Positions 51,115-60,331 of a stretch of 64,000 bases of DNA are shown here, one piece after another. The position numbers and the translations under genes are program-made. Position 1 is the first letter of the stretch. Every line of letters starts with the position of its first letter. Under the pieces are notes generated by a model. The model searched no databases, had not been told where the DNA came from, and was given only the letters and a program-made list of their open reading frames with translations. Source of the stretch: an uncultured Verrucomicrobiae bacterium. GTDB lineage: Bacteria > Verrucomicrobiota > Verrucomicrobiia > Chthoniobacterales > UBA10450. The DNA is taken from contig CAVTMK010000004.1 of the NCBI GenBank assembly GCA_963735805.1, positions 320,001 through 384,000 on the forward strand, written 5' to 3'.

Positions 51115-52950
51115 ATGGGAACAATCCCTTCGGAAATGATCGAGCAGATTTCTGCCGCGAATGACATTGTCGAAGTGATCGGTTCGTATTTTCCACTTAA
51201 ACGCGCCGGAGTAAATTTCAAGGCACTCTGTCCCTTTCATCAGGAGAAAACGCCGTCGTTTACTGTCAGTCCGAGTCGACAGACGTTTCACTGTTTTGGT
51301 TGTGGCGCGGGCGGAAGCGTTTTCCGCTTCGTCATGGATTACGAGCATACCGATTTTCCCTCGGCCGTGCGCAAGCTGGCGATGCGCGTCGGAATCGCAC
51401 TGGTGGAAACACGGGCCGCAGCGGATGAAGATCGACAATATGAGGCGCGCCGGACATTGTTGAAATTGCACGCCGCCGCTGCCGAATGGTTTCATGAAAA
51501 CTTGCTGAAAAGAGATGTCGGGGAACCGGCGCGGCAATATTTAAAAAAGCGCGGGATTACGGCGGAAATCGCCAAACGTTGGCAGCTTGGTTACGCGCCG
51601 GATGAGTGGGACGCGTTTGGAAGCTGGGCACGCACGCAGGGCTACCATACTCGCGATCTCATTACGAGCGGACTGGCAAAAAAAAGAGATCGTGCAGAGA
51701 GCGCGCCCAGTGAGGAGTCCAGCGGGTACGATCGCTTTCGTGGCCGAATCATATTTCCAATTTGTAACGACGTCGGTGAAGTAATCGCCTTCAGCGGCCG
51801 GCTCCTGAAAGAGGCGGAGGGAGCAGCAAAATATTTGAACTCGCCGGAGACGCCGCTTTTTCGAAAAGGCAGTGTGCTGTTCGGTCTGCACAAAACCAAG
51901 CGTGCGTTGATCGAGTCCAACAGCGCTGTCGTCTGCGAAGGGCAACTCGATTTGATAAGCCTGTTCGAAGCAGGAATCACGAATGTGGTCGCGCCACAGG
52001 GAACGGCCTTTACAGAAGGTCAGGCGCGGATTTTAAAGCGTTTTGTCAATGAAGTAGTTCTTTGCTTCGACGCCGACGCAGCTGGGCAGAAGGCCGCTGA
52101 ACGTTCCCTCGATGCGCTGCTCCAGAACGACTTGATCGTGCGAGTAGCCGAGATGCCAGCGGGCGAAGACCCTGATTCACTGGTCCGGCGCGAAGGGAAA
52201 CAGGCATTTGAAAACCGTGTTGCCAGTGCGCGCGATTTTTTTGATTACTGGATCGAACGTGAGGTCTCCAGAGTTGACCTGGCATCCTTAGGGGCCAAGA
52301 TGCAGTTGGCCAAAAGCCTGGCGGAGACCGTTTCGCGCGTGCGCGATCCCCTCATGCGGGGAGAAGTTTCGAGCAAAATCAGCGCGCGTCTCGGTGTTAC
52401 GGTTCAAGATTTTCAGTCGCTCCTGCCAAGGCAGAGAAGCGAATCGCTTCGGTCCGGCGATCAATCTCACGCGCATGGTCCACCTAAGGCAGACGGAGCT
52501 GCTCCGATGCCACGGCACGATATTGCGATGCTTTGCCTTCTGGCTTTACGAGATGAAAAAGCGCGACAATTTCTTCGCGAGCAAAGTTGGAACGAAATTC
52601 TGGAGCAAGTCCCGGATGGAGAAATCCTAGCCTGCATCCTCAAAAGCGACCTGCGCCCTGATGACGCCGCCTCCCTCAATGCTTTTATGGTCACGCTTTC
52701 CCCGCCGGAGGAGCGACTGGTCTCTTCGTGGCTTCTGCAAAAGTCGCCTCCCAACGCTAGGACGATGGTCGAAAAGTGGTGGCTTGGCATTCGCCAGGCT
52801 GTTTTGCGCCGTCAACTGGATGTCGCTGTAAACAAGATAAGACTCCCAGACCTGAGCACCGGCGAGGTACTAAATTTGCAGAAACAAATCCTTGACCTGC
52901 AGGAACAGCTCCACGAACTTTTCCGGCCTGACGGCCCGGACGACAATTAG
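51115..52950 (+). CDS. dnaG: DNA primase
   Basis: CPFHQEKTPSF..FHCFGC zinc finger, YDRFRGR, KYLNSPET, EGQLD, FDADAAG, DPD. Confidence 0.97.
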   Translation: MGTIPSEMIEQISAANDIVEVIGSYFPLKRAGVNFKALCPFHQEKTPSFTVSPSRQTFHCFGCGAGGSVFRFVMDYEHTDFPSAVRKLAMRVGIALVETRAAADEDRQYEARRTLLKLHAAAAEWFHENLLKRDVGEPARQYLKKRGITAEIAKRWQLGYAPDEWDAFGSWARTQGYHTRDLITSGLAKKRDRAESAPSEESSGYDRFRGRIIFPICNDVGEVIAFSGRLLKEAEGAAKYLNSPETPLFRKGSVLFGLHKTKRALIESNSAVVCEGQLDLISLFEAGITNVVAPQGTAFTEGQARILKRFVNEVVLCFDADAAGQKAAERSLDALLQNDLIVRVAEMPAGEDPDSLVRREGKQAFENRVASARDFFDYWIEREVSRVDLASLGAKMQLAKSLAETVSRVRDPLMRGEVSSKISARLGVTVQDFQSLLPRQRSESLRSGDQSHAHGPPKADGAAPMPRHDIAMLCLLALRDEKARQFLREQSWNEILEQVPDGEILACILKSDLRPDDAASLNAFMVTLSPPEERLVSSWLLQKSPPNARTMVEKWWLGIRQAVLRRQLDVAVNKIRLPDLSTGEVLNLQKQILDLQEQLHELFRPDGPDDN

Positions 52951-53010
52951 TTGTCGATCTACTGCCGAGCGGCAAATCGAACGTCTTAGTCAAATCCTAA
53001 CCGCATCATC

Positions 53011-54858
53011 TTGGCCAGGCATTCGAAACACAAGGGGGGAAGCCGACAGTCGTCGATGAAACGGCTCAAACGAGTCCAGCGCAGCGGTCCGTCAAAAAGA
53101 CCTGTTGCTCTTCGGCTTCGTCGGAAACTTAGGAAGCGGCCACGGATCGCCTCGGTCAAAACCAAACGCACGGCTCTCTCACCACGACGGAACGGATCCT
53201 TACCAGAGCCGCGAGAGCAGATGGTAGCGTCGCGTCTGTACTCGGCGATGGAATTGCAGAGTCGCATTCGCGAGCTGATCAAACTGGCGAAAGAACAAGG
53301 CTATCTCACGTTTGATGATTTAAACGAGGCGTTGCCCGAGGGAATTACTGACGCCGATGAATTGGACCTTATTCTTACGCGGCTGCGCCGTCTGGAAATC
53401 GACATTATCGAGGCGTCGGAAGTTGATCGATACAAAGACGGGAAAAAGGACGCAGAGGAGGATTTGGAAGAGGAAGAGAGAACCGAACCCAAGGTCGATA
53501 TCTTGGATGACCCGGTGCGGATGTATCTCAAGCAGATGGGCCAGGTACCGCTTCTGACCCGGGAACAAGAGGTAGAGATATCCAAGCGAATCGAGGAAGC
53601 CGAAGACATGGTACTGAAGCACATCAATCGCTTCGGTTTTATCGCGCAGGCCCACCTGGAGCTGGCCGCGAAGCTGATCGAGGGCAGGGAACGGTTCGAT
53701 CGGGTGATTCTCGACAAGAAAATCGAAAGCCGCGAGAGGTATATGAAAAATCTCCCGCGTCTCTGCAAACAAGTGGAACAATTGAGCGCCTCGATCACGC
53801 GGCAGTTTTGCGAGGTCTCGCGCAATTCCTTAAAAAAACGACCGCAGAAGCTCCGGGCCTTGCAAAGAATGATGGCTTCCTTGCAAAAGCTTTATCCTCT
53901 TTTTTACCTGAAGCAGAAGGTCACGGAGGAATTCGTACATCTGGCGGATGACGCGCACCACAACTCGCTTTACCTGCAAACTGAGGTGGCCAAAAACCCT
54001 CGCAGCAAGAAGCGGCGATTGCAGCTTCAGAACAAAATTCGCGAACTGGAAAAGGGACTATGGTTTCCGCTTCCCGAATATGCAAAAGAGTATCAGATGC
54101 TGAAGAACTGGATGCGCCAGGCATTCAAGGCAAAGACTGAAATGGTCGAAGCTAATCTGCGTCTCGTTATCTCGATCGCAAAAAAATATACCAACCGCGG
54201 TCTGTCGTTCCTTGACCTGATTCAGGAAGGAAACATGGGTTTGATGAAGGCAGTCGAGAAGTTCGAGTATCGGCGCGGATACAAGTTTTCCACATACGCG
54301 ACTTGGTGGATTCGCCAGGCCATTACCCGCTCGATTGCCGATCAGGCGCGCACGATTCGCATCCCGGTTCACATGATCGAGACGATTAACAAGCTCATGC
54401 GTGTGCAGAAGCAGTTGGTGCAGGAATACGGACGCGAACCCACCCCCGACGAAGTGGCCGAAGAAGTCCTCCTCCCAGTGGATCGGGTGCGGTCGGTTCT
54501 CAAGATGGCGCAGCAACCAATCTCGCTTCAGTCTCCAGTGGGCGAGAGCGAGGAAACAAATTTTGGCGATTTTATCGAAGACAGGGGCGCCGAAAATCCG
54601 AGCGACATGACCGCGATTGTCTTGTTGAAGGAAAAAATAAAGGATGTCCTGGAGACGCTCACCGAGCGTGAAAGACAGGTGCTTGAGCAGCGATTTGGGT
54701 TGGTTGATGGATACAGCCGAACCTTGGAAGAGGTAGGACGGCAGTTTCAGGTAACCCGTGAGCGTATCCGCCAGATCGAAGCAAAGGCCTTGCGTAAAAT
54801 GCGTCATCCGACTCGTATTCGGCAACTCGAGGGCTTCCTTGAAGCCCCGGGACTGTAA
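53011..54858 (+). CDS. rpoD: Primary RNA polymerase sigma factor; start uncertain (53011, 53056 or 53221)
   Basis: Region 1.1 (KEQGYLT), [60 protein letters not shown]. Confidence 0.97.
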   Translation: MARHSKHKGGSRQSSMKRLKRVQRSGPSKRPVALRLRRKLRKRPRIASVKTKRTALSPRRNGSLPEPREQMVASRLYSAMELQSRIRELIKLAKEQGYLTFDDLNEALPEGITDADELDLILTRLRRLEIDIIEASEVDRYKDGKKDAEEDLEEEERTEPKVDILDDPVRMYLKQMGQVPLLTREQEVEISKRIEEAEDMVLKHINRFGFIAQAHLELAAKLIEGRERFDRVILDKKIESRERYMKNLPRLCKQVEQLSASITRQFCEVSRNSLKKRPQKLRALQRMMASLQKLYPLFYLKQKVTEEFVHLADDAHHNSLYLQTEVAKNPRSKKRRLQLQNKIRELEKGLWFPLPEYAKEYQMLKNWMRQAFKAKTEMVEANLRLVISIAKKYTNRGLSFLDLIQEGNMGLMKAVEKFEYRRGYKFSTYATWWIRQAITRSIADQARTIRIPVHMIETINKLMRVQKQLVQEYGREPTPDEVAEEVLLPVDRVRSVLKMAQQPISLQSPVGESEETNFGDFIEDRGAENPSDMTAIVLLKEKIKDVLETLTERERQVLEQRFGLVDGYSRTLEEVGRQFQVTRERIRQIEAKALRKMRHPTRIRQLEGFLEAPGL

Positions 54859-54919
54859 ATATGATTGCCATTCCAGCGCAACTTTCCCACTCTAGAGGTA
54901 GTTTAATTGACTGGAGACT

Positions 54920-55273
54920 ATGGAGCGTGAAGATGACAAGCAGTTGTGGGATATGCTCGGCCGTGTTCCGGAGCCCACTCTTTCGCCATTCTTTGCCCGC
55001 AACGTGGTGAGGAGCGTCCGCCACGAAGCGACTCGCTTTGGGCGGATGCGCGGATGGTTGAGTTGGCGGAGACTTGCCGCGGCGTCCGCTGTGGTCGTTC
55101 TCGTGATCGGTATGACTATTGCCACGCATCACCCAGTCTCGCAGACGCCGGCTACGAATGACTCAGATGTGGTGGCAAAAATCGATCCACAAGATTATGA
55201 CGTCATAGCCGATCTGGATGAATTGATCGCCTGGGATGAAAATAGCGTGTGGGAGGATAAGCCGACTTTGTAA
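54920..55273 (+). CDS. Single-pass membrane protein, anti-sigma-like
   Basis: Short cytoplasmic LW..LG...P..SPFFARNV, one TM helix, acidic C-terminus DYDVIADLDEL. Confidence 0.6.
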   Translation: MEREDDKQLWDMLGRVPEPTLSPFFARNVVRSVRHEATRFGRMRGWLSWRRLAAASAVVVLVIGMTIATHHPVSQTPATNDSDVVAKIDPQDYDVIADLDELIAWDENSVWEDKPTL

Positions 55274-55778
55274 ACGAATCGTCGCTTTGTCGGTTTTCGC
55301 TTTATCCTGCGCTGCCGTACAAGGGCAGCCGCAACCGCATCGGCCTGTTGGGCACGTGCCAGCCGGACCTCCGCATCGGCCAGCAGGCCCGAACATGCGT
55401 GAGCGATGGATGGCAATGCCCCCCGCAGCACGCCAAAATTTTCAACGCAATGCAGAGCGTTGGCTGCGCATGAGTCCGGCAGAGCGGAATGTCCTGCGCC
55501 AACGAGAAAATTTGCGACGCGAGACCATCAGGCGTGAGACTGACGCGGCAGTTCGCGAGTCAGGCCTCCACCTGACCCCGCAGGAACGCGCTCAATTTGA
55601 ATCGCGCTACATTCAGGAACGCAGAAAAGTGGAGCAAGTGCTACGGCAGCAAATCGAAGCGGAACGCCAAAAAGAACTCCCCGTATTGATTCAACAGTTG
55701 AAAAAAGAGTTTCAGATCGACCAACCAACCAAGGCTCCGGCTACAAAACCGGTAGAGTCTCCTAAATCAAAGAAATAG
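55236..55778 (+). CDS. Exported helical protein, DUF3106-like
   Basis: Signal peptide; repeats ERWMAMPPAAR, ERWLRMSPAER, LTPQER. Confidence 0.6.
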   Translation: MKIACGRISRLCKRIVALSVFALSCAAVQGQPQPHRPVGHVPAGPPHRPAGPNMRERWMAMPPAARQNFQRNAERWLRMSPAERNVLRQRENLRRETIRRETDAAVRESGLHLTPQERAQFESRYIQERRKVEQVLRQQIEAERQKELPVLIQQLKKEFQIDQPTKAPATKPVESPKSKK

Positions 55779-55890
55779 TGTAACGACCGAGGCTTTTCTT
55801 GCATCCCTGAAAGCACGGTCGGCTACTGAAGAAAAACTGCCTCGAGGTTACTCTCGAGCCAGCTTGTTGGATTTCTGATTCTACGGCACT

Positions 55891-56148
55891 TTAGTACCGA
55901 TAGTTATGGTGGCGATGGTGACGGTAGTAATAGCGCTGCCCGCCGTACCAATTATAGGGCCGGTAGTAATAGCCGCGGTAGTACGGCCGGTAATAGTATC
56001 GATATGGATAGTAGTAGCCGTACGGATAATATCCGTAATAACCTGGGCCTCCGAACCCAATCGAAAAGTAGACTTGAGCATCGGAACGCTGCGCCGGAGC
56101 GAAAACTAGTACTCCCGCCGCCAATCCAATCAAAAGAAGTCTTTTCAT
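55891..56148 (-). CDS. Small secreted Tyr/Arg/His-rich protein
   Basis: AGGAGG RBS, signal peptide, FSIGFGGPGYYGYYPYGYYYPY...YYRHHRHH. Confidence 0.75.
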   Translation of the reverse strand: MKRLLLIGLAAGVLVFAPAQRSDAQVYFSIGFGGPGYYGYYPYGYYYPYRYYYRPYYRGYYYRPYNWYGGQRYYYRHHRHHNYRY

Positions 56149-56199
56149 TGTTTTTCCTCCTAATGATTAAACAGGAGATAGAACAGAGAGTTTTCCGCC

Positions 56200-57231
56200 T
56201 TATTCCAGTTCAGAAATCTCTGGATATGCTGAGATGCAAACGCTTTCGCCAAACTGTCGGTACGAAAGACGGCGAAGACGAAGTGCGTTAGCAGGGGTTT
56301 CTGCTCCCCGTCCTGGGAACGCAATTACCGGTCCTCCGGTCAAGATCGGACCCAAATAGAGCTGCACTTTATCAATGAGCTGTGAATCGAGCGCCTCTCC
56401 CAAAACGTCGCCACCACCCTCAATCAGAACGCTTGTGATACCTCGCTCGCCCAGATTTTTTAGGACTCTCCCCAGAGAGTTGCGTTGGTAAATTAGCGTT
56501 CGAGAAGCCAGTTGGTCGGAAAGCAAATGAGCGCTTCGTGGTAGGTTTCCTGAGCGAGTCAGTATAACCCGCCAGGGCTGCCGTGCGCCACGAACGCCGC
56601 GCGCCGTCAACCGGGGATTGTCCATCCGAACTGTTTCCGCGCCCACTAAGATCGCGTCCACTTGGGCGCGAAGTTGATGTGTGTGATGGCGGGCGCGACG
56701 TCCTGTGAGCCAACGAGACTCGCCGGGAGGTCGCGTCAATCGACCATCGAGGGACATTCCGCACTTTGCCGTAACAAAAGGACGTCCGGTGACAATCCAC
56801 TTGTTGAATGCCTCGTTAATTTGGCTGCAGTCATCAGCCAAAACACCAACTCGCACAACGATTCCCGCATTTCGCAATTGTACGATTCCTTTGCCGCAGT
56901 GACGCGGGTTTAGGTCGATCGCGCCTACGACCACGTTTCTGACACCGGCCTGGCGTATTGCCTCTGTGCAGGGAGCCGTTCGTCCTTTTGTGGAGCACGG
57001 TTCAAGCGTGACGTAAAGCGTTGCCCGCGCCGGTACCGGTGCATTGAAATTGCGAAGGCATTCAATCTCAGCGTGATCGCGGCCTGCTCCCCGGTGATGT
57101 CCTTTTGCCGCAATCCGATTGTCAACGACAAGAACAGCTCCGACCGTGGGATTTGGACTAGTCTGACCGAGAGCCTTCTTTGCCTCGTTGAGCGCGGCGC
57201 GCATAAACGTTTCGTCTCGTCGTCTGTCCAT
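56200..57231 (-). CDS. ribD: Riboflavin biosynthesis deaminase/reductase
   Basis: PNPTVGAV, HAE, TLEPC...GRT.PC, SLDG, VLIEGGG. Confidence 0.96.
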   Translation of the reverse strand: MDRRRDETFMRAALNEAKKALGQTSPNPTVGAVLVVDNRIAAKGHHRGAGRDHAEIECLRNFNAPVPARATLYVTLEPCSTKGRTAPCTEAIRQAGVRNVVVGAIDLNPRHCGKGIVQLRNAGIVVRVGVLADDCSQINEAFNKWIVTGRPFVTAKCGMSLDGRLTRPPGESRWLTGRRARHHTHQLRAQVDAILVGAETVRMDNPRLTARGVRGARQPWRVILTRSGNLPRSAHLLSDQLASRTLIYQRNSLGRVLKNLGERGITSVLIEGGGDVLGEALDSQLIDKVQLYLGPILTGGPVIAFPGRGAETPANALRLRRLSYRQFGESVCISAYPEISELE

Positions 57232-57360
57232 CGCTTCGATACATGAATAGTTGTTCTCGTCTGTCGAGGCAACGCGGGTTGTCGGCGCACCCCTTACATT
57301 CGAAGCATTATTAGGATCTTAACGCGACGGTTCAATGCCGCAGATCCGGCGAAGGCAATT

Positions 57361-57434
57361 CGTGCCTGGAGGGATTCGAACCCCCAACCTTCTGATCCGA
57401 AGTCAGAAGCTCTATCCAGTTGAGCTACAGGCAC
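57361..57434 (-). tRNA. tRNA-Arg(UCG)
   Basis: GTGCCTGTAGCTCAACTGGATAGAGC-TCTGA CTTCGGA TCAGA-GGTTCGAATCC-CAGGCACG cloverleaf; CCA not encoded. Confidence 0.93.
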
Positions 57435-57520
57435 CGCTGAGAACGTGAGGGGTATGTGATTGGCGACCAGATATAAGTCAACCGCTCACGACTCACTATT
57501 CACATCGTCGCGCGTGCCCG

Positions 57521-59875
57521 TCAAAATGAGAGCGACAAACCGGCGTATCCGGAGCGGCGCGGCGCGGGCTCGATGCCGTTGGCGAAGACGCGGTCGTAAT
57601 ATTTCTCGTCGGTGAGATTGGTGATGCCTGCGATCAAGCGCAGATTCTTCGTGAGATACCAATCCCCTGTCAGATTAAAAACCTTGTAGGCCGGAATGTG
57701 CGCCTTCGGGATCTGCGCGTTACCAATATCTGTGTCCTGCCAGAATTGCTGCGAAACGTAGACAGCCGTGAACGTAATATCAAAACAATTATCTTTTCTC
57801 AACTGGAGTCCGCCTTTCATTAGAAAGTCTGGCGCGAAGGCCGGCGCGTTGCCGACAAGCGTTTTGTTGGTGTCAGGTATCAGGAGAGCGCTTTCAGTGT
57901 ACACTGCATCGAGGAATTGAACATTGCTGAAAGCGATCAATTTGAGCGGGTGATATTCCTTCGGCACGCCGGGTACAGGTAAAGCTTTACTCGCATCGAC
58001 CACGCCTTTGCCGGGCTCAGGTTGCACCTCAGGCATCGGCGGATGTTGGAAGGGGGCCAGAAGATCGTAGTAAAGCTCGCCCTCCAAACCGCGGTTACGT
58101 GTGCTGCCGGTATTCAGGATGATGAAATCAGTATTACTGATATTTTGGGTCTCAGTTCTGTTATCAAACAGCATCCAAAACAAGCCAACGTCATACCAAA
58201 ATCCCTTATAAGGCGTACCGTGCACGCCTAATTCGAAGTCCAGCGAATGGAACGGGTCCGGTATCGATTCACCGAATGCGATGGTACGGCTGGTCCCGGC
58301 GATATCGAAAAACCGCGTCGGCCGCCAACCCGAAGACGCACTGAAATAGGTTTCGTTGCGGTTACCGAAATCGTTACCCATTCCAAATCCCCACAGCGGC
58401 ACCCAATGGTCGGCGCTGATGCTTGCCGGCCCAGTGGGAGGAACGGCTGCTAACCAGGGGGCGGCCGATGAATCGACTTCGACGTCTTCATGGTCAAGGC
58501 GGAATGAGCCAACCATGTGAAATTTCCCGATCCGGACAAGATCCTCGAAAAATATCGACTGATAGTTGGACGTCCTGGATTGATCGAGAGGGACGATGTC
58601 CGAGGTGGTACCGCGTGATGCGTATAGAAAATTCGGGCCGCTCGTCTCGTCATTTAACGTGTATCGTTGAAACGGCGCATCGCCATGATAAACAACGGTG
58701 CCGAACGTTAAGGCGCTGCCTCTAAAAATAGTGTCGTCGCCCCATAACTTGCGGAGGCGTATGTCGGCCCCGCCATTATTGAATTCCTCGTAACTGAAAA
58801 GAGTACTAAAGGGAAATGGATGCGGCGCTCCAGGATTAAGGTTTGCCGCTGCGCGCGCGTCGATCTCCTGATGAGTAAACCATCCTTTGGCCTGCAAAAG
58901 CCAGCCGTCTCCAAAGTCGCGTTCGTACCGGAGAATAGTCGTGTACCGATCAACCCAGTCCTCATTGTATGGAGTGAACGAAAAGTTTGGGTCATTTACA
59001 AACTGCTTATAGGTGATCCGTCCCGGATCGCCACCTTCAAAGCGACTGGAGTAAAAATCGAGTGCCAACAACTGGTGCTCGTCAGGCCTCCAACCCACGT
59101 AGAGATCGGTTTGCCACAGATTGTACCAGCTGTTATCACGTTGTCCGTCTGATCGCACGTACCCCCCATCCAAACGAAATTCCAACGGACCCATAGCCTC
59201 CTGAATCACATTGAAAGTGGAATAATATCCGTAAGCGCCACCGATCTGTTCGGTATAGAAATTCCATGGCGAACCTGGCGCAGGATATTTGGTTACAAAG
59301 TTCACTGCCGGCGCCGGCTCCGGCCCGAAGAGCAAGCTGTTGCCGCCGCGTATAAATTCAACCTCGCTTATGGCTTGAGGTAGCGGCAGATAGTAAAGAG
59401 TAGGGAAACCAATCCAATCACTCATCAGTGGCAGCCCGTCGCGAAGCACGAGCGTGAACTCCGATTCCTGCGGATTACCCAGGCCCCGATAACTGAAATT
59501 GAATTGGCCCGGCGTATGTTGTTCCGTCACCAGGAAACCCGGCGCCTTAAGAAAAAGTCCCTGCAGATCATTATCTTCCAGAGGCGGTTGTTGATCCAGC
59601 TTGATCACCGTCGCCTTTTTTGTGACCGTGATTTGTGTTCCTGATACTTCGGGCATGATGTGCTGGCGCATCTCGTGCCAATTGTCATGAGGCGTCGGAC
59701 TCGCCACCGCTTCAGCAGTTACGGTAACTCGCCCGGCTTCCGCCGTTTGCGCCTTAGCCGAGTGGCTCGCCGTGAAAAGCAGAATCGTTGTCGAGAGGAC
59801 GACAAGCCAACAATGGTTAATGAGTGATTGAAACTGCGTCGAAAATCGCCATGTGTCGTTGTGCTTTGTGAACAT
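57521..59875 (-). CDS. TonB-dependent receptor (FecA-like)
   Basis: Signal peptide, plug (RG...LRDG.P....EVEFIRGGNSLLFG...AVNF), NLTDEKYY, C-terminal LSLSF. Confidence 0.88.
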   Translation of the reverse strand: MFTKHNDTWRFSTQFQSLINHCWLVVLSTTILLFTASHSAKAQTAEAGRVTVTAEAVASPTPHDNWHEMRQHIMPEVSGTQITVTKKATVIKLDQQPPLEDNDLQGLFLKAPGFLVTEQHTPGQFNFSYRGLGNPQESEFTLVLRDGLPLMSDWIGFPTLYYLPLPQAISEVEFIRGGNSLLFGPEPAPAVNFVTKYPAPGSPWNFYTEQIGGAYGYYSTFNVIQEAMGPLEFRLDGGYVRSDGQRDNSWYNLWQTDLYVGWRPDEHQLLALDFYSSRFEGGDPGRITYKQFVNDPNFSFTPYNEDWVDRYTTILRYERDFGDGWLLQAKGWFTHQEIDARAAANLNPGAPHPFPFSTLFSYEEFNNGGADIRLRKLWGDDTIFRGSALTFGTVVYHGDAPFQRYTLNDETSGPNFLYASRGTTSDIVPLDQSRTSNYQSIFFEDLVRIGKFHMVGSFRLDHEDVEVDSSAAPWLAAVPPTGPASISADHWVPLWGFGMGNDFGNRNETYFSASSGWRPTRFFDIAGTSRTIAFGESIPDPFHSLDFELGVHGTPYKGFWYDVGLFWMLFDNRTETQNISNTDFIILNTGSTRNRGLEGELYYDLLAPFQHPPMPEVQPEPGKGVVDASKALPVPGVPKEYHPLKLIAFSNVQFLDAVYTESALLIPDTNKTLVGNAPAFAPDFLMKGGLQLRKDNCFDITFTAVYVSQQFWQDTDIGNAQIPKAHIPAYKVFNLTGDWYLTKNLRLIAGITNLTDEKYYDRVFANGIEPAPRRSGYAGLSLSF

Positions 59876-60136
59876 GGCCGGCGAGATTACAAATCCGCAA
59901 TACTAGTTGCAATAGAAAAGTGACAGATCTGTAATTTTTTTGGCAACCCATAGAGTGGTCTAACCCAGTAGCCGTGCGACGTCGTCCAGAAGTGGTCGTC
60001 CAACGTCGTTGTTGCCCTCCGTCGCCCGTCTAGTTTTGCAGAAGCTTGCGGCCACCGTGGAGCACTTGTTCGATGAATAGAACTTCAAGTGACAAAATCG
60101 CTCGAAATGGACCCTGCTGTTGAATAGGGACTTAGG

Positions 60137-60209
60137 GGTGGCCGACGGGATTTGAACCCGCAACAACCAGAACCACAATCTGGGGCTCTACCATTGAGCT
60201 ACGACCACC
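60137..60209 (-). tRNA. tRNA-His(GUG)
   Basis: G-1 plus GTGGTCGTAGCTCAATGGTAGAGC-CCAGA TTGTGGT TCTGG-GGTTCAAATCCCG-CGGCCACC; C discriminator. Confidence 0.93.
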
Positions 60210-60331
60210 ATCGCTGGCATGGAAACAGGAGCTTAAAATTCGAATCTTTTTTTGCAAACAAAGGACTCGACTTTTCCAAATCATTTCACTAATTGTCGGC
60301 GCCGGTGGAACCAAGATTTGACGGCAGCTTG

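Noticed and set aside
57232..57360. Possible FMN riboswitch upstream of ribD
   Set aside because: FMN aptamer consensus segments are not present.
59876..60135. Cobalamin riboswitch or genomic-island att site next to tRNA-His; 72-aa ORF 59960-60178
   Set aside because: No B12-box, no duplicated tRNA 3' end, no integrase; the ORF begins inside the tRNA.
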